NCBI GenBank assembly: GCA_049325335.1
Contig: JBMOMC010000042.1
Coordinates: forward strand, 1-56,063
Length of the DNA stretch: 56,063 bases
DNA from: Nitrospirota bacterium
GTDB taxonomy: Bacteria > Nitrospirota > Nitrospiria > 2-01-FULL-66-17
Reading direction: 5' to 3'
The notes beneath the pieces were generated by a model. It saw nothing but the letters and a program-made list of their open reading frames with translations, made no database searches and had not been told where the DNA came from. A program made the translations under genes and the position numbers. Shown here piece by piece: positions 27,621 to 37,838 of this stretch. Each line of letters opens with the position of its first letter. Position 1 is the first letter of the stretch.

Positions 27621-28418
27621 TTACGTGCGCGGCCGCGCGAGCCGGGCCCACCGACCGACCGGCGCCGCGTCCACGCCAAGCGCCTCGCCGAGTCGCTGCC
27701 GCAGCGCGCCCGCATCGAGATCGCGGGCAACCTGACCCGCCTCGACCAGGGCGATGGTGCCGCTTTCTTCGGAGACCACGATGGCGAGCGCGTCGGTCTC
27801 TTCGGTGATACCGATCGCGGCGCGGTGCCGCGTGCCGTACGACTCGACGCCGGCCGCGTGCGCGGACAATGGGAGAAAACACCCCGCGGCAGCGATCCGT
27901 CCTCCGCGCAGGATCACCGCGCCGTCGTGCAACGGGGCATAGGGCACGAACACGCTCAACAACAGTTCCTTGGACAATCGCGCGTCCAGCATGGTGCCGA
28001 CCTCGACCGCGTCCAAGAGTTCCCGCGTGCGCTCGATCACGATCAAGGCCCCGATGCGTCGGTTGGCCAGCGCCACCGCGGCCTTGACGATTTCCTCAAC
28101 GGCGGGGCTCGCATCAGGATCCGCGGCGCGTCGCCAGGGGAACCGCCCGATCGCGGCCAGGGTTTTACGGATCTCGGGCTGCAAGATGATCAACGCCGCG
28201 AAAAGAACGGCCGACCACCAACGCGCCGCTGACCACCCCTCGGGCCACACGCCCGACCACTCGGCCATTGCACCGCCGACCGCGACGACGGCGAGCCCGA
28301 TGACGATCTGGTGAGAACCGGAACGACGAGAACGAACCCCGGCCAGGATCACCACGACAAGAGCCAGCCCCGCGACCACCAACGCCGCCCACGAGGTCCC
28401 CGGGCCCCCGTCAAACAC
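27621..28418 (-). CDS. cdaA: Diadenylate cyclase CdaA (DacA)
   Basis: Three N-terminal TM segments, QPEIR, PLHDGAV, GTRHRAA, VSEESG. Confidence 0.93.
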   Translation of the reverse strand: MFDGGPGTSWAALVVAGLALVVVILAGVRSRRSGSHQIVIGLAVVAVGGAMAEWSGVWPEGWSAARWWSAVLFAALIILQPEIRKTLAAIGRFPWRRAADPDASPAVEEIVKAAVALANRRIGALIVIERTRELLDAVEVGTMLDARLSKELLLSVFVPYAPLHDGAVILRGGRIAAAGCFLPLSAHAAGVESYGTRHRAAIGITEETDALAIVVSEESGTIALVEAGQVARDLDAGALRQRLGEALGVDAAPVGRWARLARPRT

Positions 28419-29271
28419 CGTATCCTCCCACCGGGTGGTCCACCCGCGACGGATGTTTGATCGCGGCCACCGTGGCGACCACCTGCGCCATGGCCGGCAC
28501 GTCGTGCACGCGCACCATGGCGGCGCCGTTCCACGCCGCGATCGCCACGGCCGCGGCCGTGGGCATCAGACGTTCGGACACCGGACGCGGCGGATGCACG
28601 CCGTCGTGCGCCAAAAACGATTTGCGCGAGGGGCCCACCACCACCGGAAATCCCGCCGCCCGCACGCGATCGAGGCCCGCGAGAATCTCGTAACTGTACC
28701 GGGGGTCCGTGCCCACGAACCACCCTAGACCGGGATCGACCCAGATGCGATCGTCGGCGATGCCCGCGGAGCGCGCGTGGGCGATACGGCCCTGGAGGAA
28801 CTCGCACACCGTGCTCACCACGTCGTCGTAACACACCGCACGCCGCGTGGTTCGGGGGGTGTCGTCCTTGGCGTACATGAGGATCACGGAGGCGCGGCTC
28901 GCGGCGGCCACGTCCGCCATCGCGGCATCTCCCCGCAACGCAGACACGTCGTTGATCATGGTGGCGCCGGCGACCACCGCCGCGCGAGCCACCGCGGCCT
29001 TGGTAGTGTCGATCGACACCGGAATACGCACGGCGCGGGACACGGCTTCGATCACCGGGATCACGCGGCGCAATTCCTCCTCCACGGAGACATCCTCGGA
29101 ATCCGGACCCGTGGACTCGCCGCCCACGTCGATCCAATCCGCCCCGGCGGATTCCCAGTATCGCGCCTGTTCCACCGCGGTTTGGATGGACGACACCCGG
29201 CTCTGGGCCCAATACGAGTCGGGCGTCGCGTTCAGAATGCCCATCACCAACGTGCGGGCGTCATGGTCCAT
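28411..29271 (-). CDS. folP: Dihydropteroate synthase, divergent, with Sul-like insertion
   Basis: MGILNATPDS, DVGGEST, SIDT, INDVS, DPG, SRKSF, VRVHDV; start moved to ATG 29271. Confidence 0.94.
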   Translation of the reverse strand: MDHDARTLVMGILNATPDSYWAQSRVSSIQTAVEQARYWESAGADWIDVGGESTGPDSEDVSVEEELRRVIPVIEAVSRAVRIPVSIDTTKAAVARAAVVAGATMINDVSALRGDAAMADVAAASRASVILMYAKDDTPRTTRRAVCYDDVVSTVCEFLQGRIAHARSAGIADDRIWVDPGLGWFVGTDPRYSYEILAGLDRVRAAGFPVVVGPSRKSFLAHDGVHPPRPVSERLMPTAAAVAIAAWNGAAMVRVHDVPAMAQVVATVAAIKHPSRVDHPVGGYGV

Positions 29272-29325
29272 GGAGTGTCCCCTACCTGCGTTCGCGCGGG
29301 AGAACCCCGCCGACCGCAAAGACGC

Positions 29326-29349
29326 CACCGGGGCCTCACGGCCCCGGTG
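29326..29349 (-). terminator. Stem-loop downstream of ftsH, probable terminator
   Basis: CACCGGGGCC-GTGA-GGCCCCGGTG 10-bp stem with GNRA loop, then GCGTCTTT. Confidence 0.6.
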
Positions 29350-29375
29350 ACACGCACATAATGCGAGAAACGAAA

Positions 29376-31175
29376 CTAGGCCGACGCCGCCGCGCCGATG
29401 ATCTTCTCGATCTCGGGCGCGTCCAAGACTTCGCGTTCCAGCAAGGCTTCCGCTAAGGCGCGGAGCGCCTTGATGTTGTCGCGAATGAGCGTCTTGGCCC
29501 GTTCGTAATTTTCCGTGACCAGGCGCCGGACCTCCTCATCGATTTCAATGGCGGTGTGCTCGCTGTAGTCACGGTGTTGCGAGATCTCGCGCCCCAGGAA
29601 AATTTCCTGCTCTTTTTTACCGAACGTCAGCGGCCCCATCTTTTCGCTCATGCCCCACTCGCAGACCATCTTGCGCGCCAGTTCGGTCGCGCGCTCGATA
29701 TCGTTGCCAGCGCCGGTGGTCATAAAATTGAGCACGACTTCTTCCGCGGCGCGGCCGCCCATGAGGATCGCAATATTGTTGTACAAGTACTCCTTGGGAT
29801 ACGTGTACCGATCATCGGTCGGCAACTGCATGGTCAGGCCCAGTGCTCGCCCCCTAGGGATGATCGTCACCTTGTGCACGGGATCGGTCCCAGGGATCAA
29901 CCGCGCGATGAGGGCGTGGCCCGCTTCGTGGTACGCGGTGGTCCGCTTCTCCTCGTCGCTGAGGATCAGGCTTCGGCGCTCCACGCCCATCAACACCTTG
30001 TCCTTGGAGGCCTCGAAGTCGTCCATTTCCACGGCCTTCTTGCCCTTACGGGCCGCCATCAGCGCCGCTTCATTGACCAGATTCTCGAGGTCGGCGCCCG
30101 AGAACCCCGGCGTCCCGCGCGCCACCACGTCAAGAGCCACCTCAGGCGACATGGCCACCTTCTTGGTGTGCACGCGGAGGATCTCCACCCGGCCCTTGAG
30201 ATCCGGTCGCGCCACCACCACCTGCCGGTCGAACCGTCCCGGCCGCAACAAGGCCGGATCGAGCACGTCGGGGCGATTCGTCGCCGCGACCAGGATCACG
30301 CCTTCGTTGGTGTCGAAACCGTCCATCTCGACCAAGAGCTGGTTGAGGGTCTGTTCGCGCTCATCATGGCCGCCGCCCAACCCCGCACCCCGCAACCGGC
30401 CGACCGCGTCGATTTCGTCGATGAAGATGATGCACGGCGCGTGTTTTTTGCCTTGTTCGAACAGATCGCGCACGCGCGACGCGCCGACGCCCACGAACAT
30501 TTCCACGAAGTCCGACCCCGAGATCGAGAAAAACGGCACGCCCGCCTCGCCCGCAATGGCCTTGGCCAACAGCGTTTTCCCGGTTCCCGGCGGACCCACG
30601 ATCAACACGCCCTTGGGAATGCGGCCGCCCAGCTTCTGGAACTTCGGCGGGTCTTTGAGAAACTCGATGATCTCGGACACTTCGTCCTTGGCTTCGTCCG
30701 CGCCGGCCACGTCCGCGAACGTCACCTTCTTTCGGTCTTCGGATAACAGCCGCGCCCGGCTCTTGCCGAACGAGAGCGCCTTGTTGCCGCCGACCTGCAT
30801 CTGGCGCATGAAGAAAATCCACAGGCCGAGGAACAAGATAAACGGCCCCCAACTGACCAAGAACGTGACGTACCACGGGTTCTCATCCGGCGGCTTGGCC
30901 ACGATCCGGACGTTTTTCGAACGGAGTTGGTTGATCAGATCCGGATAGGGCGCGGCATAGGTCTTGAACTTCCCGCCGTCTTTGAGCACCCCGGCCAAAA
31001 AATTTTCCTTGATCGTGACCTCATTCACCTCGCCCTTCTCCACCTTGGTCATGAAGTCGCTGAAGATCAAGTCCGCCTCATCCGTTCGAGGGGGGACCGT
31101 GAACAAATTAAACAAGAGGATCATGAACAGACCGATCACGATCCACAACGCCAAATTTTTCATACGCGGATTCAT
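29376..31175 (-). CDS. ftsH: ATP-dependent zinc metalloprotease FtsH
   Basis: [22 protein letters not shown], two TM helices. Confidence 0.99.
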   Translation of the reverse strand: MNPRMKNLALWIVIGLFMILLFNLFTVPPRTDEADLIFSDFMTKVEKGEVNEVTIKENFLAGVLKDGGKFKTYAAPYPDLINQLRSKNVRIVAKPPDENPWYVTFLVSWGPFILFLGLWIFFMRQMQVGGNKALSFGKSRARLLSEDRKKVTFADVAGADEAKDEVSEIIEFLKDPPKFQKLGGRIPKGVLIVGPPGTGKTLLAKAIAGEAGVPFFSISGSDFVEMFVGVGASRVRDLFEQGKKHAPCIIFIDEIDAVGRLRGAGLGGGHDEREQTLNQLLVEMDGFDTNEGVILVAATNRPDVLDPALLRPGRFDRQVVVARPDLKGRVEILRVHTKKVAMSPEVALDVVARGTPGFSGADLENLVNEAALMAARKGKKAVEMDDFEASKDKVLMGVERRSLILSDEEKRTTAYHEAGHALIARLIPGTDPVHKVTIIPRGRALGLTMQLPTDDRYTYPKEYLYNNIAILMGGRAAEEVVLNFMTTGAGNDIERATELARKMVCEWGMSEKMGPLTFGKKEQEIFLGREISQHRDYSEHTAIEIDEEVRRLVTENYERAKTLIRDNIKALRALAEALLEREVLDAPEIEKIIGAAASA

Positions 31176-31250
31176 CCCGACGTCTTCTCCTCGTCGCTCC
31201 GGCCGAGTGGGGAAATCAGCACGTGATGTGCAGGGCGAAACGCGGGGTTG

Positions 31251-31280
31251 ATCTTACCACAGCGTTTTCACGCTTGACAA
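31251..31280 (-). promoter_or_regulatory. Putative ftsH promoter
   Basis: TTGTCA-18 nt-TAAGAT with extended TG. Confidence 0.5.
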
Positions 31281-31300
31281 CAGCGCCCAACACGCCGCGT

Positions 31301-31840
31301 TCAGTCCTGGTCCTCGACTTGGTCCAGGACCGCGATATAGGGCAGGTTCCGGTACTGGTTCTTATAGTCCAATCCGTAGCCGACCACGTATTTGTTTTCG
31401 ACCGTGAACCCGACGTACTCCAGAGACACATTCATGGTCCGGCGATCCGGCTTGTCCAGCAGCGCGCACACCCGCAACGAGTTCGGGTGACGCACCAAGA
31501 GTTTTTTCTTGATGTAACTGAGCGTCAATCCGGAATCCACGATGTCCTCGACCACAATGACGTCCTGTCCTTTAATGTCGAGCGTCAGGTCCGAGATCAC
31601 CTTGACCCGTCCGCTGGAACGCGTGGACGCCTGGTAACTCGAGACCACCAAAAAGTCAATCGCGACGGGAACTTGCACCGCGCGGACGAGATCGGAAAAA
31701 AACGCGAACGCGCCCTTGAGCACGCCGATCATGATGACGTCGCGGCCTTGATAGTCCTCGCTGATCCGACGCCCCAAATCCTTCACGCGTCGGGTGATTT
31801 CCTGCTGCGTGATCAGGGGTTTGCCGAACAGTCGCGTCAC
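31301..31840 (-). CDS. hpt: Hypoxanthine phosphoribosyltransferase
   Basis: VLKGA, VEDIVDSGLT, VVGYGLD..YRNLP. Confidence 0.97.
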   Translation of the reverse strand: MTRLFGKPLITQQEITRRVKDLGRRISEDYQGRDVIMIGVLKGAFAFFSDLVRAVQVPVAIDFLVVSSYQASTRSSGRVKVISDLTLDIKGQDVIVVEDIVDSGLTLSYIKKKLLVRHPNSLRVCALLDKPDRRTMNVSLEYVGFTVENKYVVGYGLDYKNQYRNLPYIAVLDQVEDQD

Positions 31841-33348
31841 GAGCGGACTCCCTTCATATCATACCGGGTGAGTGACTCATTTGGAGGTGCGTGGAGGTGC
31901 GTCGGATCGGGCCGTCTGATCCCAATTCCTGGACCCGCCGTCAACTCAGGAACCACGCTCACCTCGATCGTCGGCGCTCCGGGACGTGCGGTATACCGCC
32001 GATCCCGTCGAAGCCCGACCACCCACACCACCTCGTCGCCCGCGGTCACCAACGGCGCCGAGGCCCGACGCCACCGCGGAACTTTCGCGTCCGTAAACAC
32101 GTCGTGCACCAACTTGCTCCCCGTCATGCCCTCGGGATACAGCCGATCACCCGCACGCCAACTCCGCAACCCAAGCATACCAGGAAGCCGCTCGATGTCG
32201 AACGCGCTCCGCCACGGATCGGACGGCTCGGGCGAGGCAACCGGCGCGGTACGTCGCACGCGAACCACCACGCCCCACCCGGGAGGTCGGTTTTCGCCCT
32301 CGTGGAGCACGGCGCTCGGCGGCGGGGGGGGCTTTGTCCCGCGCGCGAGGCGCACGAGCCCCGCGCCGTATTCGGCCGACGCGCCTTGCCCCAACGTCAG
32401 GCTGCCGGACGTTCGTTCCACGCACCCGCGCGCCGCGGCGTCAAGGCGTTCGGCCGACACCCGGTCCACGCGCACGCCGAGGCCTTCCAACGCAAACCGC
32501 AGGGCGCGGCGACGGATGACCGTGGGTACCGCGACGAGCCGCGACGCATCGAGTTCGATCCCGCCCGATCCCACGCCCGAGGTCGATTCCGCGAGCGCCG
32601 CGCGCCCCTGATCATCCAACCACGCCGCGTCTTCCGCCAGTAACGCGGCGGACCGCGCCATGGTCTCCACCGCGCGGGGATTCATCGCGCGTAATGCTGG
32701 CATCACGCTCCGGCGCACGCGCGCGCGGAGAAATCGCGGATCGCGGTTCGACGGATCCTGGACGGGGGTCAGACCGCGCTCCGCCGCGTACGCCTCGATC
32801 TGCGCGCGTGTTACGCCCAACAGCGGGCGGATCACGCGGCCGCGGACCGCGGGGATCCCGGCCAACGCGGACGGTCCCGCGCCCCGCAACCACCGCATCA
32901 ACACGGTTTCGGCCTGGTCATCCGCGGTGTGCGCGGTGGCGATCCAACGCGCGTTGACCGCGTCCGCGACCCGATCGAAAAACTCGTACCGTGCCGCCCG
33001 CGCCGCCGCCTGTAATCCCATTCCCCGGCTGCTGATGCTTCCCTCCTGCGCCCGCTCGATCGCGCAGGGCACACCCCACCGGGCGGCGATATCGGCCACG
33101 GCGTTCGACTCCTCGGCCGACTGCGCCCCGCGCAATCCATGATCGAAGTGCGCCGCGTGTACGGAGAACCCCGCGTCACGGGAGATCTCGCGCAACACGT
33201 GCAGCAGGGTCAATGAATCCGGACCGCCCGACACGCCGACCAGGACCACGTGACCCGGCGAGACGGCGCCGAGAGTGATCAACGCCGCGCGCACGCGTGT
33301 GACCAGTGACTGCCCGGTCACGCGCGACGTCCCCGTGCCGGCCGTCAT
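31837..33348 (-). CDS. tilS: tRNA(Ile)-lysidine synthetase
   Basis: VSGGPDS, DHGLR, ARAARY, TAHTADDQAET, RPLL, DPSN; start ATG 33348 overlaps the ribF stop. Confidence 0.95.
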   Translation of the reverse strand: MTAGTGTSRVTGQSLVTRVRAALITLGAVSPGHVVLVGVSGGPDSLTLLHVLREISRDAGFSVHAAHFDHGLRGAQSAEESNAVADIAARWGVPCAIERAQEGSISSRGMGLQAAARAARYEFFDRVADAVNARWIATAHTADDQAETVLMRWLRGAGPSALAGIPAVRGRVIRPLLGVTRAQIEAYAAERGLTPVQDPSNRDPRFLRARVRRSVMPALRAMNPRAVETMARSAALLAEDAAWLDDQGRAALAESTSGVGSGGIELDASRLVAVPTVIRRRALRFALEGLGVRVDRVSAERLDAAARGCVERTSGSLTLGQGASAEYGAGLVRLARGTKPPPPPSAVLHEGENRPPGWGVVVRVRRTAPVASPEPSDPWRSAFDIERLPGMLGLRSWRAGDRLYPEGMTGSKLVHDVFTDAKVPRWRRASAPLVTAGDEVVWVVGLRRDRRYTARPGAPTIEVSVVPELTAGPGIGIRRPDPTHLHAPPNESLTRYDMKGVRS

Positions 33349-34289
33349 GGCGCGCGCCGCCGCTCGGCGAGCGCGGTCCGCGCCGCCGCCACGTCGCGTT
33401 CGATCTGCGCGATCAGCGCCTGGGAATCCGCGAACCGTTGTTCGCCGCGGATCCACCGAAGAAACGCCACGCGCAGACGATGGTTGTACCGGACCGTGTC
33501 CTTGCCGAACAGGTGCACCTCGCCCTGAACCGGATGCGGTCCGAACGTGGGTTGCGAGCCGATGTACACCACGCCGTCCAATTCGCGTTCACCCGTCGTC
33601 AGATCGTCCACCACCGCGGCGTAGATGCCGATCTTGGGCAACATCTGAACCCCCGGACGAAAGTTGGCGGTGGCATACCCCAACGCTCGCCCCCGGCCTT
33701 CACCGGGTTCAATCACCCCGTCCGCCGCGTAGACGCGCCCCAGGAACGCGGCCGCGCCCTCCACGTCGCCGTCGCGTAGCCGGTTCCTGATCTCGGAAGA
33801 GCTGACCATGGTCTCGCCCATCATCACCGACGGCCGCACCATCACGCGCATGCCGCTCGACGCGCCCAAACGTTCCAGGTCCTCCACGCGGCCCTCGCGC
33901 CCCTTGCCGAATTTAAAGTTCCGCCCCACGTGCACCTCGCGCGCGCCCAGTCGCGCGCCTAGGTCCTCCCGAACGAACTGCTCCGCGCTCCGGCGTGCGA
34001 ACTCCGGCGTAAACGGAAGAGCCAGCACCACATCCACGCCCAGCGCGGTCAAGCATTCGATCTTCTGTTCGGCACCCGTGAGCAGCGACAGCGGAACCTC
34101 CGGACGCACCACACTCATCGGGTGCGGATCGAACGTGAGCACCACGCTGGTGCCGCCCTGCGCGCGCGCGCGACGCGCCACCTCGCAAATGATCGCCTGA
34201 TGGCCCAGGTGCACACCGTCGAAATTCCCGATCGCCACCAGCGGATTTCGCAGCGGCTGATCGGGCAACTGACGCAAAATCGCGGTCAT
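33345..34289 (-). CDS. ribF: Bifunctional riboflavin kinase / FAD synthetase
   Basis: GNFDGVHLGH, TFDPHP, VSSSEIR, GYATAN. Confidence 0.96.
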   Translation of the reverse strand: MTAILRQLPDQPLRNPLVAIGNFDGVHLGHQAIICEVARRARAQGGTSVVLTFDPHPMSVVRPEVPLSLLTGAEQKIECLTALGVDVVLALPFTPEFARRSAEQFVREDLGARLGAREVHVGRNFKFGKGREGRVEDLERLGASSGMRVMVRPSVMMGETMVSSSEIRNRLRDGDVEGAAAFLGRVYAADGVIEPGEGRGRALGYATANFRPGVQMLPKIGIYAAVVDDLTTGERELDGVVYIGSQPTFGPHPVQGEVHLFGKDTVRYNHRLRVAFLRWIRGEQRFADSQALIAQIERDVAAARTALAERRRAP

Positions 34290-34326
34290 TGCGGCATCGC
34301 GCGTCCATGAGGCAACTCGGGGCGCC

Positions 34327-35319
34327 TCACGACAGCACGCCCCCCTTCTCCCGCATCCACCGCGCCGCCTCCTTGGCGTAGTATGTGACGATCAGATCCG
34401 CGCCCGCGCGACGAATCGCGAGCAGGGATTCGACCGCGGTGCGCTCTTCGTCCAACCACCCGGCCCGGCCGGCGGCCTTGAGCATCGCGTATTCCCCGCT
34501 GACTTGGTAGGCCGCCACCGGACGGTGGCACCTATCCTTGACCCGTCGAATGATATCCAGGTACGGCATGGCGGGTTTGACCATCACGATGTCCGCGCCC
34601 TCGTCCAAATCCAACGCGACCTCGCGCAGAGCCTCGTCGCCGTTGGCCGGGTCCATCTGATACCCGCGGCGGTCGCCGAACTGCGGGGTGGACTCCGCGG
34701 CGTCGCGAAACGGCCCGTAAAATCCGGACGCGAACTTCGCGGCGTACGACAGAATCGGCACGTCCGAAAACCCGTCCGCGTCAAGCCCGCGACGGATCGC
34801 GCCCACGCGCCCATCCATCATGTCGGACGGCGCGACCATATCCGCCCCCGCGCGCGCGTGCGCGAGCGCCTCGGACACCAGCCGGTCCAATGTCGCGTCG
34901 TTGAGCACGTGCCCCCCTTCCACGATGCCGCAGTGTCCGTGGTCGGTGTATTCGCACAGGCACACGTCAGTGATCACCGCGATCTCGGGCACCTGCGACT
35001 TGAGCGCGCGCACCGCGCGGGCGATGATGCCGTCGTCGCTGGATGCCTCGGAACCCACCGCATCCTTGGTCGCGGGAATCCCGAACAACAACACCGCCGG
35101 AACGCCCAGCGTCGCGGCCTCGTGCGCGTCCTTGACCAACAGGTCCACCGACTGTTGGAACACGCCCGGCATCGACGCTACTTCGCGCGACACCCCGGTT
35201 CCGTGGACCGCGAAAAGCGGATAAATCAAGTTGTCCACGCGCAGCGTGGTCTCCCGCATCATGCGGCGGAACACGTCGCGCCGCCGCAGGCGACGGGGTC
35301 TATCGATTGGAAAAGCCAT
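34327..35319 (-). CDS. hemB: Porphobilinogen synthase
   Basis: RPRRLR, DVCLCEYTDHGHCG, PSDMMDGR, MVKPA, YQVSGEY. Confidence 0.98.
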   Translation of the reverse strand: MAFPIDRPRRLRRRDVFRRMMRETTLRVDNLIYPLFAVHGTGVSREVASMPGVFQQSVDLLVKDAHEAATLGVPAVLLFGIPATKDAVGSEASSDDGIIARAVRALKSQVPEIAVITDVCLCEYTDHGHCGIVEGGHVLNDATLDRLVSEALAHARAGADMVAPSDMMDGRVGAIRRGLDADGFSDVPILSYAAKFASGFYGPFRDAAESTPQFGDRRGYQMDPANGDEALREVALDLDEGADIVMVKPAMPYLDIIRRVKDRCHRPVAAYQVSGEYAMLKAAGRAGWLDEERTAVESLLAIRRAGADLIVTYYAKEAARWMREKGGVLS

Positions 35320-35371
35320 CCGCGTTCCCCCTGTGAAAGAACGGGCAGGCACCAGGCCAGCCCTGACAGGA

Positions 35372-36910
35372 TTATCCCGTTGTCACGTGGCGCACAATCG
35401 CCTGCACCAACGCGTCCATGCGTTGGTGGCCCGGTTGAATCCCCACGCGCAAGCCGCGCGACTTCGCGGCTTCGGCCGTGGGCGGACCGAGACACGCGAC
35501 CGTCGCATCGCGCAGCAATGCGGCCTCCGCGCCCAAGGCGTCCACAAACCCGGTCACCGTGGACGGACTCGTAAACGTCACGATCGTGCCGGATCGTCGC
35601 AGCGCCTCGCGCGCGCGATCAGGCATACGGTCCACGAACCGCGTTTCGTACACCGTCACCGCATCCACTTTGGCGCCGCGCGCGGTCAGGCCTTCCACGA
35701 TGACTTCGCGCGACACCTCGGCGCGGGGCAGCAAAATCGGCGTCCCGGACAACGTCTCCCCGGCCAACGCCGCGACCACGCCTTCACCCGTGGAATCCTC
35801 CGCCACGCGATCGGGCACGATCCCGTAGCGTCGCATCGCCTCCGCGGTCTTGGCGCCGATCGCGCACACCCGCGCGGCACCCAATACCCGCGCATCGGCC
35901 CCGCGGTCGAACACGCGGTCGAAAAACGCGGTCACCGCGTTCGCGCTGGTCAGGATCACCCATCGGTATCGTCCCAGCCGCGCGATCGCGTCGTCCGCGT
36001 CGTGCCACGAGGCCGGGGGCGCGAAGCGGATCGCCGGCGCCTCGATCACGTCCGCGCCCGCGTCGTGGAGCAATCCCGACAACTCGCCGGCCTGGGCCGC
36101 GGCACGCGTCACGATCACGGCACGGCCGAACAGCGGCCGTTGTTCGAACCAGTTGAGTCGTTCGCGCAATCGCACCACGTCGCCCACCACAATCAACCCA
36201 GGCGGCTGCAAATCCACCCGCGCGGTTTCGCGCACGATCGTGTCCAGGGTCCCGACCACGGTGCGCTGCGTGGGGTAGGTGCCCCAGCGGATCACCGCCA
36301 CCGGCGTGTCCGGGCCGCGGCCGTGGCCGGACAGCCGGTCCACGATCTCGGCTAAGTGCGTCATGCCCATCACGAACACCAATGTGCCGCTGGTGAGCGC
36401 CACGTCCTGCCACGGGATCCCCGACCCGCCCTTGGTCTCGTCCTCGTGTCCGGTGGTGAGCACCACCGTGGTCGCGATCCCACGGTGCGTGAGCGGAATC
36501 CCCGCGTACGCAGGCGCCCCGAGCACAGACGAGACGCCGGGCACCACCTCAAACGGCACCCCGGCCTCGGCCAAGGCCAAGGCCTCTTCGCCGCCCCGGC
36601 CGAACACGAACGGATCGCCGCCTTTGAGCCGCGCGACCGTGCGCCCGGATCGCGCGCGGTCGATCAACAATTCATTGATGGCTTGCTGCGTGAACGTCTT
36701 AGCCCCTTTGCGTTTGCCCGCGTCGATGATCTCCGCGCCGGGCCCGGCTTCCCCGAGCAGGGCGGGGTGGACCAGGTAATCGTAGACCACCGCGTCCGCG
36801 CGCCGCAGGCACTCGCGGCCCCGGATCGTCAACAACCCCGGATCACCGGGCCCCGCGCCGATCAGGTAGACCGTCCCAACCGCCGGAACCGAGTTACTCC
36901 GACTCGGCAT
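35372..36910 (-). CDS. cobA-hemD: Uroporphyrinogen-III C-methyltransferase / uroporphyrinogen-III synthase fusion
   Basis: GAGPGDPGLLT, RLKGGDPFVFGRGGEE; C-terminal HemD half (VTRA, LTSANAV, FTSPSTV). Confidence 0.95.
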   Translation of the reverse strand: MPSRSNSVPAVGTVYLIGAGPGDPGLLTIRGRECLRRADAVVYDYLVHPALLGEAGPGAEIIDAGKRKGAKTFTQQAINELLIDRARSGRTVARLKGGDPFVFGRGGEEALALAEAGVPFEVVPGVSSVLGAPAYAGIPLTHRGIATTVVLTTGHEDETKGGSGIPWQDVALTSGTLVFVMGMTHLAEIVDRLSGHGRGPDTPVAVIRWGTYPTQRTVVGTLDTIVRETARVDLQPPGLIVVGDVVRLRERLNWFEQRPLFGRAVIVTRAAAQAGELSGLLHDAGADVIEAPAIRFAPPASWHDADDAIARLGRYRWVILTSANAVTAFFDRVFDRGADARVLGAARVCAIGAKTAEAMRRYGIVPDRVAEDSTGEGVVAALAGETLSGTPILLPRAEVSREVIVEGLTARGAKVDAVTVYETRFVDRMPDRAREALRRSGTIVTFTSPSTVTGFVDALGAEAALLRDATVACLGPPTAEAAKSRGLRVGIQPGHQRMDALVQAIVRHVTTG

Positions 36911-37838
36911 ACACCTCCCGAAGGATCTCCTCCCCGCCGCGCGCCAGCAATCGCTCCGCGAGCTCGCGGCCCAATCGCGGGCCGTCCCCGCGCGTCCCCG
37001 CGATGGACTCGCGCAGCACGCGTTCCCCGCGCACGCCCGCGATCAGACCGTCCAGCGTCAGCCGATCCCCGTCGAGCGCGGCGTGCGCCGCGATCGGGAC
37101 CTGGCACCCGCCTTCCAGGCGCGTGAGGAACGCGCGCTCCGCGTCCACGCACGCGCGCGTGTCCGGATCATCAAGCGCGCGCGCCAACGCGTTCACACGC
37201 GCGTCATCGCGCCGGCACTCGATGCCCAGCGCGCCCTGCCCGATGGCGGGCAGGCACACGGCGGTCGGCAACAGCTCCGTGATCCGGTCCGCCCACCCTA
37301 GGCGCCGCAAGCCTGCGGCCGCCAGCACGATCGCGTCCATTGCGCCGTCCGTGACCTTGCGCAGCCGCGTATCCAGGTTGCCCCGCAGGCTCACGATCGT
37401 GAGATCCGGCCGGTACGCGAGCAGTTGGGCCTGACGCCGCAGGCTGCTGGTCCCGATCACGGTCCCGGCCGGGAGTTTCGCGAGCGGCGTGGCGTCGCGG
37501 CTGATCAACGCGTCAAACGGTTCTTCGCGCGGCGGCACCGCGGTCAGGTGCAGGGCGTCTGGCAGCGCGGTGGGCACGTCCTTCATACTGTGCACGGCGA
37601 GGTCCACGGAGCCGTCCAGCAGCGCCTCTTCGATCTCCTTGACGAATAAACCCTTGCCGCCCACCTTGGCCAACGGCACGTCCAAGATTTTGTCGCCGGT
37701 GGTTTTCATGACGGTCAGCAAGACGTCCAGTCCGGGGTGCGCGGCCTGCAAGCGGGCCTTGACCCATTCGGCCTGCCAGCGCGCCAGCATGCTGCCGCGC
37801 GTACCGATGACCAGACGAGACGCCGCCGAGCCCATCAC
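36894..37838 (-). CDS. hemC: Hydroxymethylbilane synthase
   Basis: GTRGS, GGKGLFVKE, VHSMKD, GTSSLRR, LEGGCQVP. Confidence 0.98.
   Translation of the reverse strand: MMGSAASRLVIGTRGSMLARWQAEWVKARLQAAHPGLDVLLTVMKTTGDKILDVPLAKVGGKGLFVKEIEEALLDGSVDLAVHSMKDVPTALPDALHLTAVPPREEPFDALISRDATPLAKLPAGTVIGTSSLRRQAQLLAYRPDLTIVSLRGNLDTRLRKVTDGAMDAIVLAAAGLRRLGWADRITELLPTAVCLPAIGQGALGIECRRDDARVNALARALDDPDTRACVDAERAFLTRLEGGCQVPIAAHAALDGDRLTLDGLIAGVRGERVLRESIAGTRGDGPRLGRELAERLLARGGEEILREVYAESE

Noticed and set aside
29556..30948. Long plus-strand ORFs (396 and 432 aa) antisense to ftsH, and similar ones opposite rpoA, tilS, hem and ribD
   Set aside because: Shadow ORFs expected from GC-rich codon bias; no motifs, and they fully overlap well-supported genes
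35372..36910. CobA-HemD fusion as an unusual feature
   Set aside because: Common fusion in many anaerobes and related phyla
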